From Eggerthellaceae bacterium (GTDB lineage Bacteria > Actinomycetota > Coriobacteriia > Coriobacteriales > Eggerthellaceae), in assembly GCA_017440565.1 (NCBI GenBank), contig JAFSHA010000017.1:695-64694 (forward strand): a DNA stretch of 64,000 nt, read 5' to 3'. The stretch's first letter is position 1. Each line of letters starts with the position of its first letter. Below are positions 9,988 through 19,207 of this stretch, piece by piece. A program made the position numbers and the translations under genes. Below the pieces are notes generated by a model. It was not told the DNA's origin and ran no database searches. It saw only the letters and a list, made by a program, of their open reading frames with translations.

Positions 9988-11220
9988 CTAGCGGTACTTG
10001 CAAAGCATCATGCAGGCTGCGCCAATGAGGCCAATTACGAGCGAAACGATGGCGACCAGAGGCCAGTTCGACATGGCGGGACCAAGCAACGCGGGCACAC
10101 CGTAGTTGCCGATGGTCTGGCCGAGGCACTGCATGAGCTTCAGAACGCCCATACCCACGCCAAGCAGGGCGGGATCGTTCAAGATGCGCACGAAGGCCGT
10201 CGGGCACACGGCCGAGGCGCTCATGCCCAAGCAGCCCAGAAGAGCCGCGCCCACCCACATGCCGATACCCGTGGAGCTGGTAAGCAGGTAAGCCGCAGGC
10301 CCCATGGCAAGAAGCGCGATAACGTACAGCGGCTTACAGCGCCCGAATCGGTCGACCAGCATGCCGAAGATAATGCAGGACACCAGTGCCACGCCTACCG
10401 TCACGGTGATGACCATGCCCGACTGCGCAGCGCTCATGCCCTGAGACTGCATAAAGGTAGGGGAAAACGAAAGGGTCACGCCGATGAGCACGTTAAAGCA
10501 CACGTAAGGGAAAAGGAATAGCAGCATGTTGGGAGCGAAAAACGCGCGATAGCCGCCGAGGCCCGAACCCGCAGACTGTAGGTCATCGACGGCGGAAGAG
10601 TCCTCGGAATCACTTGGGACGACTGCCTTCGGAACGGGGATCTTAGAGGCTGCACCCTTCGGGTCCTTCACCAAAATGACGAAGAGCGCACCTGCCAACA
10701 GGGCAAATGCTGCATAAGCCAGCCAAAGTCCCGTGAATCCGGCAACTTCGTAAAGGGTCGGGGTCAGCGCGCCGGAAACCAGCGTGCCACCGCAACCGTA
10801 CGTGCCCCAGATACCCATGGCCGTGCCCAAGCGCACGGGAGCCACGTAACGTTCGATGGCAAGCGGACCACAGGTAATGATGATGATATAGGCCACGCCC
10901 TCGATGGCGCGCGACGCGATGAGCATGGCGCTTCCGCCCGCAAACGCGCCCACGAGCGAACCCGCGAGGATGAAGCCGACGCCCGCAAGCAGCATTTTGC
11001 GCGCGCCGAAACGCTTGGCGGCAAAGCCCACGGGCAGCGCCAGAATGAGGCCCACGAACGTGAACATCGACATGAGCAGCGAAACTTGCGTCTGCTCCAT
11101 GGCAAAGCGCTCGGTGAGGCTCGGCAAAATAGTGGTGAGCTTCATCTGCACCATGACGCTGGCAATGCCGATCAAAAGCAGCACGACAGACACCAGCAGG
11201 AAGTTCTGCCTCTTCGTCAT
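9988..11220 (-). CDS. MFS transporter
   Basis: 410 aa and about 12 TM. MFS loop motif GFAAKRFGARKMLL. RBS AGGGGGAA. Confidence 0.85.
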   Translation of the reverse strand: MTKRQNFLLVSVVLLLIGIASVMVQMKLTTILPSLTERFAMEQTQVSLLMSMFTFVGLILALPVGFAAKRFGARKMLLAGVGFILAGSLVGAFAGGSAMLIASRAIEGVAYIIIITCGPLAIERYVAPVRLGTAMGIWGTYGCGGTLVSGALTPTLYEVAGFTGLWLAYAAFALLAGALFVILVKDPKGAASKIPVPKAVVPSDSEDSSAVDDLQSAGSGLGGYRAFFAPNMLLFLFPYVCFNVLIGVTLSFSPTFMQSQGMSAAQSGMVITVTVGVALVSCIIFGMLVDRFGRCKPLYVIALLAMGPAAYLLTSSTGIGMWVGAALLGCLGMSASAVCPTAFVRILNDPALLGVGMGVLKLMQCLGQTIGNYGVPALLGPAMSNWPLVAIVSLVIGLIGAACMMLCKYR

Positions 11221-11290
11221 TCGTTCCCCCTAAAAACGACTAACGAGCACAGGTTAACACAGAGCAGGCTGCATGCGGCGGGACGGCGGA

Positions 11291-11352
11291 CAACGGGGAC
11301 GGAGGTTAGTGTCCGCGCCCACACGCACGGACACTAACCTCCGTCCCCGTTG
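11291..11352 (-). repeat. Perfect 25-bp inverted repeat (12-nt loop), extendable to ~31 bp
   Basis: CAACGGGGACGGAGGTTAGTGTCCG (11291-11315) is the exact reverse complement of 11328-11352. The extended stem touches the response-regulator stop at 11359. No U-tract follows. Confidence 0.9.
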
Positions 11353-11358
11353 TCCCGC

Positions 11359-12069
11359 CTACAGGCGATCAGCAAGCTTATAGCCTACACGCCACACGGT
11401 AATGAGGTAGCGCGGCTTGGAAGGATCGTCCTCGATCTTCTCGCGAATCTTGCGCACGAACACCGTAATCGAGTTGGGATCGGCAGCCTCCACGCTACCC
11501 CACACATGCTCGAGGATCTGATCGCGCGTGAACACGCTGCCCGGGTCGCTTGCCAACAGTTCGAGCAGCTCGAACTCGCGCGAGGAAAGCGACACCTGTT
11601 GCCCGCGTACGCGCACGTCGTACTTGCCGAAAACCAGTTCGAGATCGCCCACGGAATAGGTGCCCTCGCGCTTCACGCGGCCTTCATCGCTTGACTGGGT
11701 GCGCTGGCTCTGCCTGCGCAGATGAGCCTGCAGCCGAAGTGAAAGCTCTTCGGTCTGAAACGGCTTGACCAGGTAGTCGTCGGCGCCGGCCTTAAACCCG
11801 ATGCTCTTGTCGACGATGTCACCCTTTGCCGTGAGAAACATGATGGGAACCTGGCAGCCCTGGGCTCGCACGGTTTGGCAAATCTCGAAGCCGTTCACAT
11901 CGGGCAACATGACGTCGAGGATGAGGAAATCGGGTTGCTCTCGCTCAAGCATGGCCATACCCTCACGACCGTTTCCCGCGCAGCAAAAGTCGTAGCCATC
12001 TCGACGCACGATCTCGCCGATCAGCAGCTGCAGGCTCTCGTCATCGTCAATGAGCATCACCTTGGTCAT
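11359..12069 (-). CDS. OmpR/PhoB-family response regulator
   Basis: Receiver domain (LIDDDES, ILDVMLPDVNG, KPF) plus a winged-helix C-terminal domain (ITVWRVGYKL). Confidence 0.9.
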   Translation of the reverse strand: MTKVMLIDDDESLQLLIGEIVRRDGYDFCCAGNGREGMAMLEREQPDFLILDVMLPDVNGFEICQTVRAQGCQVPIMFLTAKGDIVDKSIGFKAGADDYLVKPFQTEELSLRLQAHLRRQSQRTQSSDEGRVKREGTYSVGDLELVFGKYDVRVRGQQVSLSSREFELLELLASDPGSVFTRDQILEHVWGSVEAADPNSITVFVRKIREKIEDDPSKPRYLITVWRVGYKLADRL

Positions 12070-12071
12070 GC

Positions 12072-13835
12072 TTACTCCCCTTCTCCTTCGTCGCCCTCGT
12101 CGCTATCGAGCACTTCCCCACCAGCACAGGGCGCGCTCACCGGCAGCGCCACCGTGAACGTCGATCCCTCACCCAGTTCGCTTTCCAAGCTCACGGCACC
12201 ACCGAGCATCGTCGTCAGATCCTTCACCAGCGAAAGGCCCAAACCGCTACCGCCATAGCGGCGTACCGTCGACATGTTCTCCTGCGTAAAGCGCTCGAAC
12301 ACAAGGTCGTGCTTGTCTTTCGGGATGCCGATGCCCGTGTCGGCCACGGCAACGACAACCCGATCGGCTAGCCTATCGTACGACACGCCCACATCGACGC
12401 GACCGCCCGCAGACGTGAATTTAACCGCATTGCTCACCAAATTCATGAGGATGCGTCGCACCTTTTCCCAGTCGCTCATGATGAGCGGAACATCGGGATC
12501 AACCGAGGTCTCGAGCATGACTCCCTTGCGTTCCGCAACTGGTTCGTTGGAGGAAGCGACCATGCCCACAATGTCCATCATGTCGATGAGCTCGAGGTTG
12601 ATATTCTCGGAGCCAGCTTGGAGGCGCGCTGTCTCAAGCACGTTGTCGACCATCTCCAGCAAAATGAGGCCGTTCTTGTGCACTTCCTCAAGCTGGCGCG
12701 TCGCGTTCTCGTTGGCGGGGTCGATGCTTTCGCTTAGAAGCTCGGTGAAAGCCAAGATGGACGTCAGCGGCGTGCGCAGCTCGTGGCTTACGATGGCAAG
12801 GAAGTCGCTCTTGTAGCGATTGTCGCTGGCCAGTCGCGCATTCACCTTCTCAACGTGGGCGCGCTGCCGCTCAAGCTCTTCGTTGGCCTCGCGCAGCTGA
12901 GCCGTGCGTTCAGAGACCTCTTGCTCGAGCGTGTTGTAGTAATTCGACAAGCTGCGCGCCATGGCGTCGAATTGCAGGAAGAGGTTGTCCACCTCGCGCG
13001 AGGAATAGAACTCGTCGCGCTCACCGCGCTTCTCGACAAGCTCGCCAAGCGTCTCAGAAGATGAACCCAATCGCGCGAACGAGGCCTCGAGCTTATTCAG
13101 CGGATCGGTGATCAAGCGCGAAAGCACCGAATAGATGGCGCCACCCGTCAGAAGCATGAGCAGCAGGAAGAACGCGACGTTATTGATCACCGAGGCGGTC
13201 ATGCCCTCAATGGCCGCGTCGGCAGGCATGACGACGCTCACCGCACCCGCAACATCACCCACGTCCCAGCCCTCTTTGGGAAAGCCGGTGGGATCAATCT
13301 CTCCCTTGGGCCCGCCATGGCATTCCACGCAGTTCTGCTCGACTTCCATGACGGCAACGTAGCGGAACACCTCTTGCCCATCCAGCTTTTCGAAGCCGTA
13401 ACGAGCGTCCTTGTCGCCTGCGTAAAACGCCTTAAGCGCCGCTTCCTCGTATTCATCGGGAGTGTTGTCGATGTTGCGCGGATCTTGGTTGGTGAAGCGG
13501 ATGGAGTAATCGTAATCGGATTCTTGCGAGAACAACGCGGCAACGGCCTTTCCCGCAATGGCACAATGCAGGCCCTTATAGTCGTATTCGCCATCCGAGG
13601 TGTAGTTGATAGTGTCCTGATTGATGGAGATGAACTCCCACACGGCATCCATTTCCGACACCATCACGCGTGCCTGCTCAAGCAACTCGCTTGTGGTACG
13701 AGAACGTTGGTCAATGTAGGTGTACGACGTGAACGCAACGCCGAGCAGCAAGGACACGCCCAGCAGCAGGCCGATGATCTTGGTGCGCAAGCCGACGGAA
13801 GTTCTCCTGCTCACGCGCTTCGCGCTCTTCGACAT
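12072..13835 (-). CDS. Sensor histidine kinase with extracytoplasmic CxxCH (Tll0287-like/DUF3365) domain
   Basis: ORF 12072..13919; the likely start is ATG 13833-13835. One TM, then a sensor domain with CVECH (codons at 13317-13331), a second TM/HAMP, the H-box SHELRTPL, and an HATPase domain (GGSGLGLS). Confidence 0.85.
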   Translation of the reverse strand: MSKSAKRVSRRTSVGLRTKIIGLLLGVSLLLGVAFTSYTYIDQRSRTTSELLEQARVMVSEMDAVWEFISINQDTINYTSDGEYDYKGLHCAIAGKAVAALFSQESDYDYSIRFTNQDPRNIDNTPDEYEEAALKAFYAGDKDARYGFEKLDGQEVFRYVAVMEVEQNCVECHGGPKGEIDPTGFPKEGWDVGDVAGAVSVVMPADAAIEGMTASVINNVAFFLLLMLLTGGAIYSVLSRLITDPLNKLEASFARLGSSSETLGELVEKRGERDEFYSSREVDNLFLQFDAMARSLSNYYNTLEQEVSERTAQLREANEELERQRAHVEKVNARLASDNRYKSDFLAIVSHELRTPLTSILAFTELLSESIDPANENATRQLEEVHKNGLILLEMVDNVLETARLQAGSENINLELIDMMDIVGMVASSNEPVAERKGVMLETSVDPDVPLIMSDWEKVRRILMNLVSNAVKFTSAGGRVDVGVSYDRLADRVVVAVADTGIGIPKDKHDLVFERFTQENMSTVRRYGGSGLGLSLVKDLTTMLGGAVSLESELGEGSTFTVALPVSAPCAGGEVLDSDEGDEGEGE

Positions 13836-13872
13836 GCCCGCCCCCTGTTTCTCATCCTGCATCAGCCGCACC

Positions 13873-13878
13873 ATTATA
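13873..13878 (-). promoter_or_regulatory. Candidate -10 box (TATAAT) for the kinase/regulator genes
   Basis: Minus-strand TATAAT about 40 nt upstream of the proposed kinase start, in the 99-nt gap after the chaperone gene. Confidence 0.25.
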
Positions 13879-13934
13879 CGGCCGCGCAACCGCGAAGGGC
13901 CTCGCAAGGCAAGACCCATGCGCGCACGGTGCGC

Positions 13935-14639
13935 CTATTCGACGTAGTAGCGCTCCTCGACAATGGATTCGACCGCTTGTGCGCCAAGGGCATCGGCGAG
14001 CGCGGCAAGCGTGCCCTCGGTAACGCCCGCGATAGCAGCATAGAAGGCCGACTTCGCGCGACGCTGCACGTTGCCCAAGTACATGGGAGCGAATACCAGC
14101 ACGTGATTGGAAAGGAAGTCGCGCAAGGCGGAAAGCGCCTCCTCAGCGGCCTTTGTATCACCTGCCTCATAGGCGGTGGCGGCGGCGTCAAGCAGGTGCG
14201 CCGCAAACGCAAGCTCGATGCCAATGTGATCGTCGGGCTCGGTTTCCGCACGGTCGAAGCGCAGACCGTGCGTACGATAGAAGGCACGCACCTCAAGCGT
14301 GGTAGGTCCAAATACGGTGGAATCATCCGTGCGGTAGACCGACTCGTAGGGCGAGGTGTGGCTTGCGCCGATCATGTAGAACAGGTAGGTGCAGTCAAGG
14401 TGCACCTCGCGCGCGAGGGTCGCGATCCCCTCTCCTTCGCCTGCAGCTAGCGCATCGTGGAAAAGGCGTGCAGCCTTAGGCGCCACCTGAGAAAACGGAG
14501 GGTCGAGAAACATGGCGCGGTCCGCCACGAAAGCCTCAAGCTGATCAGCCGGATCGGCGAAAAGACCCCATGAGCAAAACGAGCACAGCGCCTGATACGC
14601 CCGGCAACTCTCCGCAGTAAGTTCGATCGTCTCGTTCAT
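13935..14639 (-). CDS. TorD/DmsD-family redox enzyme maturation chaperone
   Basis: 234 aa. SPYESVY and EPDDHIGIELAFAAHL are typical of TorD-like chaperones. It lies downstream of dmsAB. Confidence 0.8.
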   Translation of the reverse strand: MNETIELTAESCRAYQALCSFCSWGLFADPADQLEAFVADRAMFLDPPFSQVAPKAARLFHDALAAGEGEGIATLAREVHLDCTYLFYMIGASHTSPYESVYRTDDSTVFGPTTLEVRAFYRTHGLRFDRAETEPDDHIGIELAFAAHLLDAAATAYEAGDTKAAEEALSALRDFLSNHVLVFAPMYLGNVQRRAKSAFYAAIAGVTEGTLAALADALGAQAVESIVEERYYVE

Positions 14640-14697
14640 AGGTTCTTCTTTCTTCGAGTAAGCGAAATTAAGACACGCAGGTTGGCGTTAGTAAGTC

Positions 14698-14734
14698 GAA
14701 ATGGGTCAACGAACCGGGCTCGTTGACCCATTTC
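14698..14734 (-). promoter_or_regulatory. Perfect 15-bp stem-loop between dmsB and the chaperone gene
   Basis: GAAATGGGTCAACGA / TCGTTGACCCATTTC with a 7-nt loop. A second 8-bp stem lies at 14739-14764, right after the dmsB stop. Confidence 0.7.
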
Positions 14735-14768
14735 AGGATTCCGGCGACCTGGCGGCCGCCGGAACTAA

Positions 14769-15377
14769 TTACTGCTCGTGGGAAACTTCCATCGGGTTCA
14801 GCAGCGTGCCGCCCTTCGCAGCGTCACGATGCAGGCCGAACACCACATGAGGCAACGTCTCGGCGGTCAGCTCGCCGATAACGGCAGCGTCGCCATGGGC
14901 TGCGCGCAGCTCCTCGATGTCGCCGAACTCCAGCGCGCGCACCGGGCAGGCCTTCGCACACGTGGGGTTGGGGGTGCCATCAGCGCTCTCGTCGCTGCAG
15001 AGGATGCACTTGTGAGACTTGCCATCGGAAAGCTGCACGGGATGACCGTAGGGGCAGCTCTTCTCGCAAGTCATGCAGCCGATGCAGGTTTCCTTGTCGT
15101 TGTTGACGATACCGGTAACCTCGTCCTTGGTCATAGCACCGGTCGGGCAGTTAGCCACGCAGGCCGGCTCTTCGCAATGACCGCAGGTCACGGATGCGTA
15201 GTAGGTGAACACGGTGTGGGCAAGCGCACCAGACTCGTTAGCAGTCCATTCGCCGCCGCCGAACTCGAACACCTTGCGGAACTTCGCAGGAACCTCAAGA
15301 TCGTTGCGATCCATGCAAGAGGTCATGCAGGCCTTGCAGCCAGTGCAGATGTCAGTGTTAACGTAAAAACCGTACAT
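14769..15377 (-). CDS. dmsB: DMSO reductase-type 4Fe-4S subunit (DmsB-like)
   Basis: Four Cys clusters: CTGCKACMTSC, CGHCEEPACVANCP, CIGCMTCEKSCP, CILC...C..CP. Confidence 0.9.
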   Translation of the reverse strand: MYGFYVNTDICTGCKACMTSCMDRNDLEVPAKFRKVFEFGGGEWTANESGALAHTVFTYYASVTCGHCEEPACVANCPTGAMTKDEVTGIVNNDKETCIGCMTCEKSCPYGHPVQLSDGKSHKCILCSDESADGTPNPTCAKACPVRALEFGDIEELRAAHGDAAVIGELTAETLPHVVFGLHRDAAKGGTLLNPMEVSHEQ

Positions 15378-15389
15378 TGCTTATCCCCC

Positions 15390-17996
15390 TTACGCCTTCT
15401 CGATCTTGCACAGGTTGGAGTGAACGCCGTTGCCCTTAGAGATGGGCGTCGGGCGGCTGGACGTCAGGACGGAAATGCATCCGCCGAGGTCAAGGACGTC
15501 CTTGCTGCCGATGGTAGCAGCATCGCGGGTCTCGGGCTCGTACCAAGCGCCCTGCGGGATGGACACAACGCCAGGCATGATACGCGGGGTGACGCGAGCC
15601 GGGAGCTTCGTCTTGCCGCGCTCGGTGGACACGATGACCATGTCGTCCTGAGCGATGCCAAGCTTCGCGGCGTCACCGTCGTTGATCCAGCACTGCTGCG
15701 GAGCCACGGACTTCATCCAGGCAACGTTGCCGTAAGAAGAGTGCGTACGGGTCTTGCCATGGTGGCCGATGAGCTGGAACGGGTACTCGGCCTGCAGCGG
15801 ATCGCCGTAGGTCTCGAAACCTTCGTACCAGATGGGCAGACCGGTGATCTGGTCGCGACCGTCGTCGGGCACGTAGCCGCCGCCGGTGAGGTCCCACTGC
15901 TTGGAGATGTTGTAAGCCTGCTTGGAGAACACCTCGTACTTGCCAGACGGCGTCGCGAGCGTCTCGGGCAGCGCGGCAACGGCCGGCTCGTGCTCGTCGG
16001 TTGCCTTGAACAGGCCGCCGGCACGGAACTCCTCGAAAGTAGCCGGGATATCGTCACCACCGGCAATGCCCTGATCGTAGCACCACTGGACCCAGTCGAG
16101 CTGGCTCTTGCCCTCGGTGAACTCGTCGGCAATGCCCAGCTTCTCGGCAATCAGCGTACAGATCTCGTAGACCGGCTTGCTCTCATACAGCGGAGAGATG
16201 GCAGCGGTCTCGCAGCACACGAAGCCCGTCCAAGCGTTGCCGCCGGTGCAGACGTCATCCTCCTCGAACGGAGTGGTGCAGGGCAGAATGTAGTCGGAAG
16301 CGAGCGCGGTGGGGGTCAGCCACGGATCAACCGTGACGACGCAACGCAGGCCGGAATCCTTCTCATCGGGAAGGTTGTAGATGCGCAGGGAGTCGTTGAT
16401 GTCGGCATGCTGGCCCATCATGACGTTGGAGCCGTAGTTCCACACGAACTTGATGGGGGCCTTCATCTTGATGGTGCCAGGCGCCTCGGCGTAGTGCAGC
16501 ACGCCGTTCTCGTCGTAGCGACGAACGCCCCAGGTGGTGTCGTCCATGACGGTATAGTCCTCGATGGCCTGATACCAGTCGAAGAAGGAGATGCAGTTCT
16601 CGACGCCGTTCTTCTCCGTGAAGCTGGGGATGGCGGTTGCCACAGCGTAGGCAACGCCGCCGGTGGCCTCGCGTGCGCCAGTGCCGCCGCCGGAAATGCC
16701 GACGTTCTTGGTGATAGCCGGGATCATGGCGATAGCGCGGGTGTTGTTGCCACCGTTGCTGTGACGCTGCGGGCCCCAGCCCTGGATGGTAGCGGTCGGA
16801 CCGTCAATGTAGAGGTCGGCCAGCTCGCGAATCTGATCGGCCGGAATGCCGCAGATGGCGGAAGCCCACTCGGGATCCTTCACGCCCGTGCCCTCATAGG
16901 CGCCGGTGCCGTTGAGGTAGGCCTCGTAGGACATGTCCTCAGAGATGGTCAGCTCACCGGTGGGATCGATGCCGAGGAACATGGTGTCCTTCGGCTCGGC
17001 GGCCACAACGTCGTCAGCGAAGCTGTCGGAGAAGAAGCCGACGAACTTCTCGCGGATGAAGTCGAGGTCGAGCTTGCCCTCGGAGTAGAGGTACTGAATC
17101 ATGCCGGCAACGAGCGCGACGTCGGTGCCGGGGCGGATGGCGATCCACTTGTTGGCCACGCCGATGGCGGTGTCGGTCAGATGCGGGTCGACCACGACGA
17201 TGGTGGCGTCGGGGCTCTGCAGGCGCACCTCGGTGAGCAGGTACTGCATGGCCGAGCCGCTCATGCGGGTATTGGCCGGGTTGTTGCCGAACAGCACGAT
17301 GTTCTTGGAGTTGACCAGGTCGGTCACCTCGTTGTTGGACCATGCGTCACCATTGAACAGCGGCATTTCCCAGGTGATCTGACCGGTGGAGTAGTCGGCG
17401 TACTGACGCAGGTAGCCGCCCCAGAGGTTCATAAGGCGGGCGAACATGGTGTTGTCGGGATGCCAGGACTTGGAAACGGTGCCGCCCAGCACGCCCGTGC
17501 CGTACTGGATATAGAAGGCGTCGTTGCCGTACTCATCCTTGATCTCCTGCATGACGGCGGCAATCTCCTCGATAGCCTGGTCCCAGGTGATCTCCTCGTA
17601 CAGGCCCTCGCCGCGCTTGGTGCCCTCGACGCGCTTCAGAGGCTTCTGAATACGCGTGTCGTTGTAGATGCGCTGACGGTTGGTGCGGCCACGCACGCAG
17701 GAACGCATTTGGTAGATCTGGCCCTTGCCGAAATCGTCGGTGCCCTCGTCATCGATGCCGATGCGCACGACGGTGCCGTCCTTCACGAACACCTTGAGCG
17801 GGCAGCGGCTGCCGCAGTTGACATGGCAGGCCGACCAGGTCATGGTGTCGTACTCAAAGCCGCCCTCGGTGCTGCCAGCCGGCTCTTCCGCCGGCTCGGA
17901 GCTGCAGCCCGCAAGCGCAAGACCTGCGCCAGCGAGGCCGGTGAGAGCAAGGAACGAACGCCTGGAAATGCCAGGCTGCAAGTTGGTAGTCGTCAT
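15390..17996 (-). CDS. dmsA: Anaerobic DMSO reductase-type molybdopterin (bis-PGD) catalytic subunit with Tat signal and lipobox
   Basis: ORF trimmed to ATG 17994-17996 after GAGGGAGAGGGAG. SRRSFLALTG...LAGC; SACHVNCGSRCPLKV; FGNNPANTRMSG; GWGPQRHSNG; the C-terminal VTPRIMPGVV...NLCKIEKA closely parallels E. coli DmsA as I recall it. Confidence 0.9.
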   Translation of the reverse strand: MTTTNLQPGISRRSFLALTGLAGAGLALAGCSSEPAEEPAGSTEGGFEYDTMTWSACHVNCGSRCPLKVFVKDGTVVRIGIDDEGTDDFGKGQIYQMRSCVRGRTNRQRIYNDTRIQKPLKRVEGTKRGEGLYEEITWDQAIEEIAAVMQEIKDEYGNDAFYIQYGTGVLGGTVSKSWHPDNTMFARLMNLWGGYLRQYADYSTGQITWEMPLFNGDAWSNNEVTDLVNSKNIVLFGNNPANTRMSGSAMQYLLTEVRLQSPDATIVVVDPHLTDTAIGVANKWIAIRPGTDVALVAGMIQYLYSEGKLDLDFIREKFVGFFSDSFADDVVAAEPKDTMFLGIDPTGELTISEDMSYEAYLNGTGAYEGTGVKDPEWASAICGIPADQIRELADLYIDGPTATIQGWGPQRHSNGGNNTRAIAMIPAITKNVGISGGGTGAREATGGVAYAVATAIPSFTEKNGVENCISFFDWYQAIEDYTVMDDTTWGVRRYDENGVLHYAEAPGTIKMKAPIKFVWNYGSNVMMGQHADINDSLRIYNLPDEKDSGLRCVVTVDPWLTPTALASDYILPCTTPFEEDDVCTGGNAWTGFVCCETAAISPLYESKPVYEICTLIAEKLGIADEFTEGKSQLDWVQWCYDQGIAGGDDIPATFEEFRAGGLFKATDEHEPAVAALPETLATPSGKYEVFSKQAYNISKQWDLTGGGYVPDDGRDQITGLPIWYEGFETYGDPLQAEYPFQLIGHHGKTRTHSSYGNVAWMKSVAPQQCWINDGDAAKLGIAQDDMVIVSTERGKTKLPARVTPRIMPGVVSIPQGAWYEPETRDAATIGSKDVLDLGGCISVLTSSRPTPISKGNGVHSNLCKIEKA

Positions 17997-18069
17997 GGAC
18001 TCCCTCTCCCTCGTCTTTCCCTTCTTTACGTTCAAAAACGGTTGCCTTTGCTTTTATGGCAAGATGCGA

Positions 18070-18102
18070 CCGCCCACGCAAAACCATACGGCGCGTGGGC
18101 GG
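18070..18102 (-). terminator. Putative terminator after ftsY
   Basis: CCGCCCACGC / GCGTGGGCGG, a 10-bp stem with a 13-nt loop. The trailing T-tract is weak. Confidence 0.4.
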
Positions 18103-18163
18103 CAGTTTCCATGGGCAATTAATTCATTTTTTATTATGGAATTATTAACGCGCAGGTCAGAGG

Positions 18164-19084
18164 CTAGTTTCGATCATCCATTTCCCCGACGAAACCGCGG
18201 GCAAACACATGCGCGTCGAAGTCGCGCAAATCCTCGATGCCCTCTCCCACGCCGATCTTGATGATGGGCAGCTCAAGCTCGTGGCTCACCGCAAGGGCGA
18301 TGCCACCCTTGGCGGTGCCATCGAGCTTGGTGACGATAAGCGCGTCGAGAGAGAGCGCCTTGTTGAACTCGCGTGCCTGCTGAAGGCCGTTTTGGCCTGT
18401 GGTGGCATCGATCACGAGCACGGTGTAGACCGGCAGCTTCGAGCGCTTGCGCACGACGCTGACCACCTTCTCAAGCTCGCGCATGAGGTCTGCCGAGGTG
18501 TGCAGACGACCGGCCGTGTCGATGAGCACCAGATCGGCACCCGTTTCCTCGGCGCGCTCGATGGTGGCGTAGCACACGCTGGCGGGATCGCTTCCCCGCT
18601 CGCGCGTGACCATCTCTACGCCTGCGCGCTTCGACCACACCTCGAGCTGCTCAATGGCGGCGGCGCGGAAGGTGTCAGCCGAACCGAGGATGACGTTGCG
18701 GCCTGCGTCGGTGGCTTCCTTGGCAATCTTTCCCACCGTAGTGGTCTTGCCGGTTCCGTTGATGCCAACGAAGAGCACGAGCGCTGGCTCGCCGCCGAGA
18801 ATTTCCTCGCCACCTTCGGTAAACGTACTTGCGATCTGGTCGTTGAGCATATCAAGCACCGCGTAGGCGTCAGGCAGGGCCTTGCGCTTCGCCTGGTCGC
18901 GCAGATTATCCACGATATCGCTTGCGGCCATGCCACCGATGTCGCTGAGAATGAGCGCCTCCTCGAGGCCGTCCCAGAAATCCTCGTCCAAGTCGGGCCC
19001 GCGGTCCAAAAGGACGTTCATCTGCTCCTTGAACTTCGTACGCGAACGCGTCAAGCCTTCGCTAATGCGATCGAAAAAACCCAC
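18164..19084 (-). CDS. ftsY: Signal recognition particle receptor FtsY
   Basis: GINGTGKTTTVGKIA, DTAGRLH, TKLDGTAKGG. Confidence 0.95.
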   Translation of the reverse strand: MGFFDRISEGLTRSRTKFKEQMNVLLDRGPDLDEDFWDGLEEALILSDIGGMAASDIVDNLRDQAKRKALPDAYAVLDMLNDQIASTFTEGGEEILGGEPALVLFVGINGTGKTTTVGKIAKEATDAGRNVILGSADTFRAAAIEQLEVWSKRAGVEMVTRERGSDPASVCYATIERAEETGADLVLIDTAGRLHTSADLMRELEKVVSVVRKRSKLPVYTVLVIDATTGQNGLQQAREFNKALSLDALIVTKLDGTAKGGIALAVSHELELPIIKIGVGEGIEDLRDFDAHVFARGFVGEMDDRN

Positions 19085-19207
19085 GCCGGGCTCCTAACTG
19101 CTAGAAATACGTGTAAGAAGACAGTTTAGCGCACGACGGCCGAAACGCAGTCAGGACGAAGGAGCCGTGCAGCTCAACTTTTAAAAGCCGGTACCCGCAG
19201 AAGGGCC

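Noticed and set aside
14778-18122. 1114-aa plus-strand ORF covering the dmsAB region. Similar very long antisense ORFs occur at 1892-4204, 20675-22756, 22775-24796, 36905-38632 and 49014-51776.
   Set aside because: They lie exactly antisense to genes with unmistakable family signatures. They are Gly/Ala/Arg/Val/Leu-rich with no recognisable motifs. They are the expected stop-free shadow frames of high-GC coding DNA.
18118-18150. AT-rich tract upstream of dmsA as an FNR/CRP-type box
   Set aside because: I could not find a TTGAT-N4-ATCAA-like palindrome. The tract lies upstream of the ftsY terminator hairpin, so its relation to the dmsA promoter is unclear.
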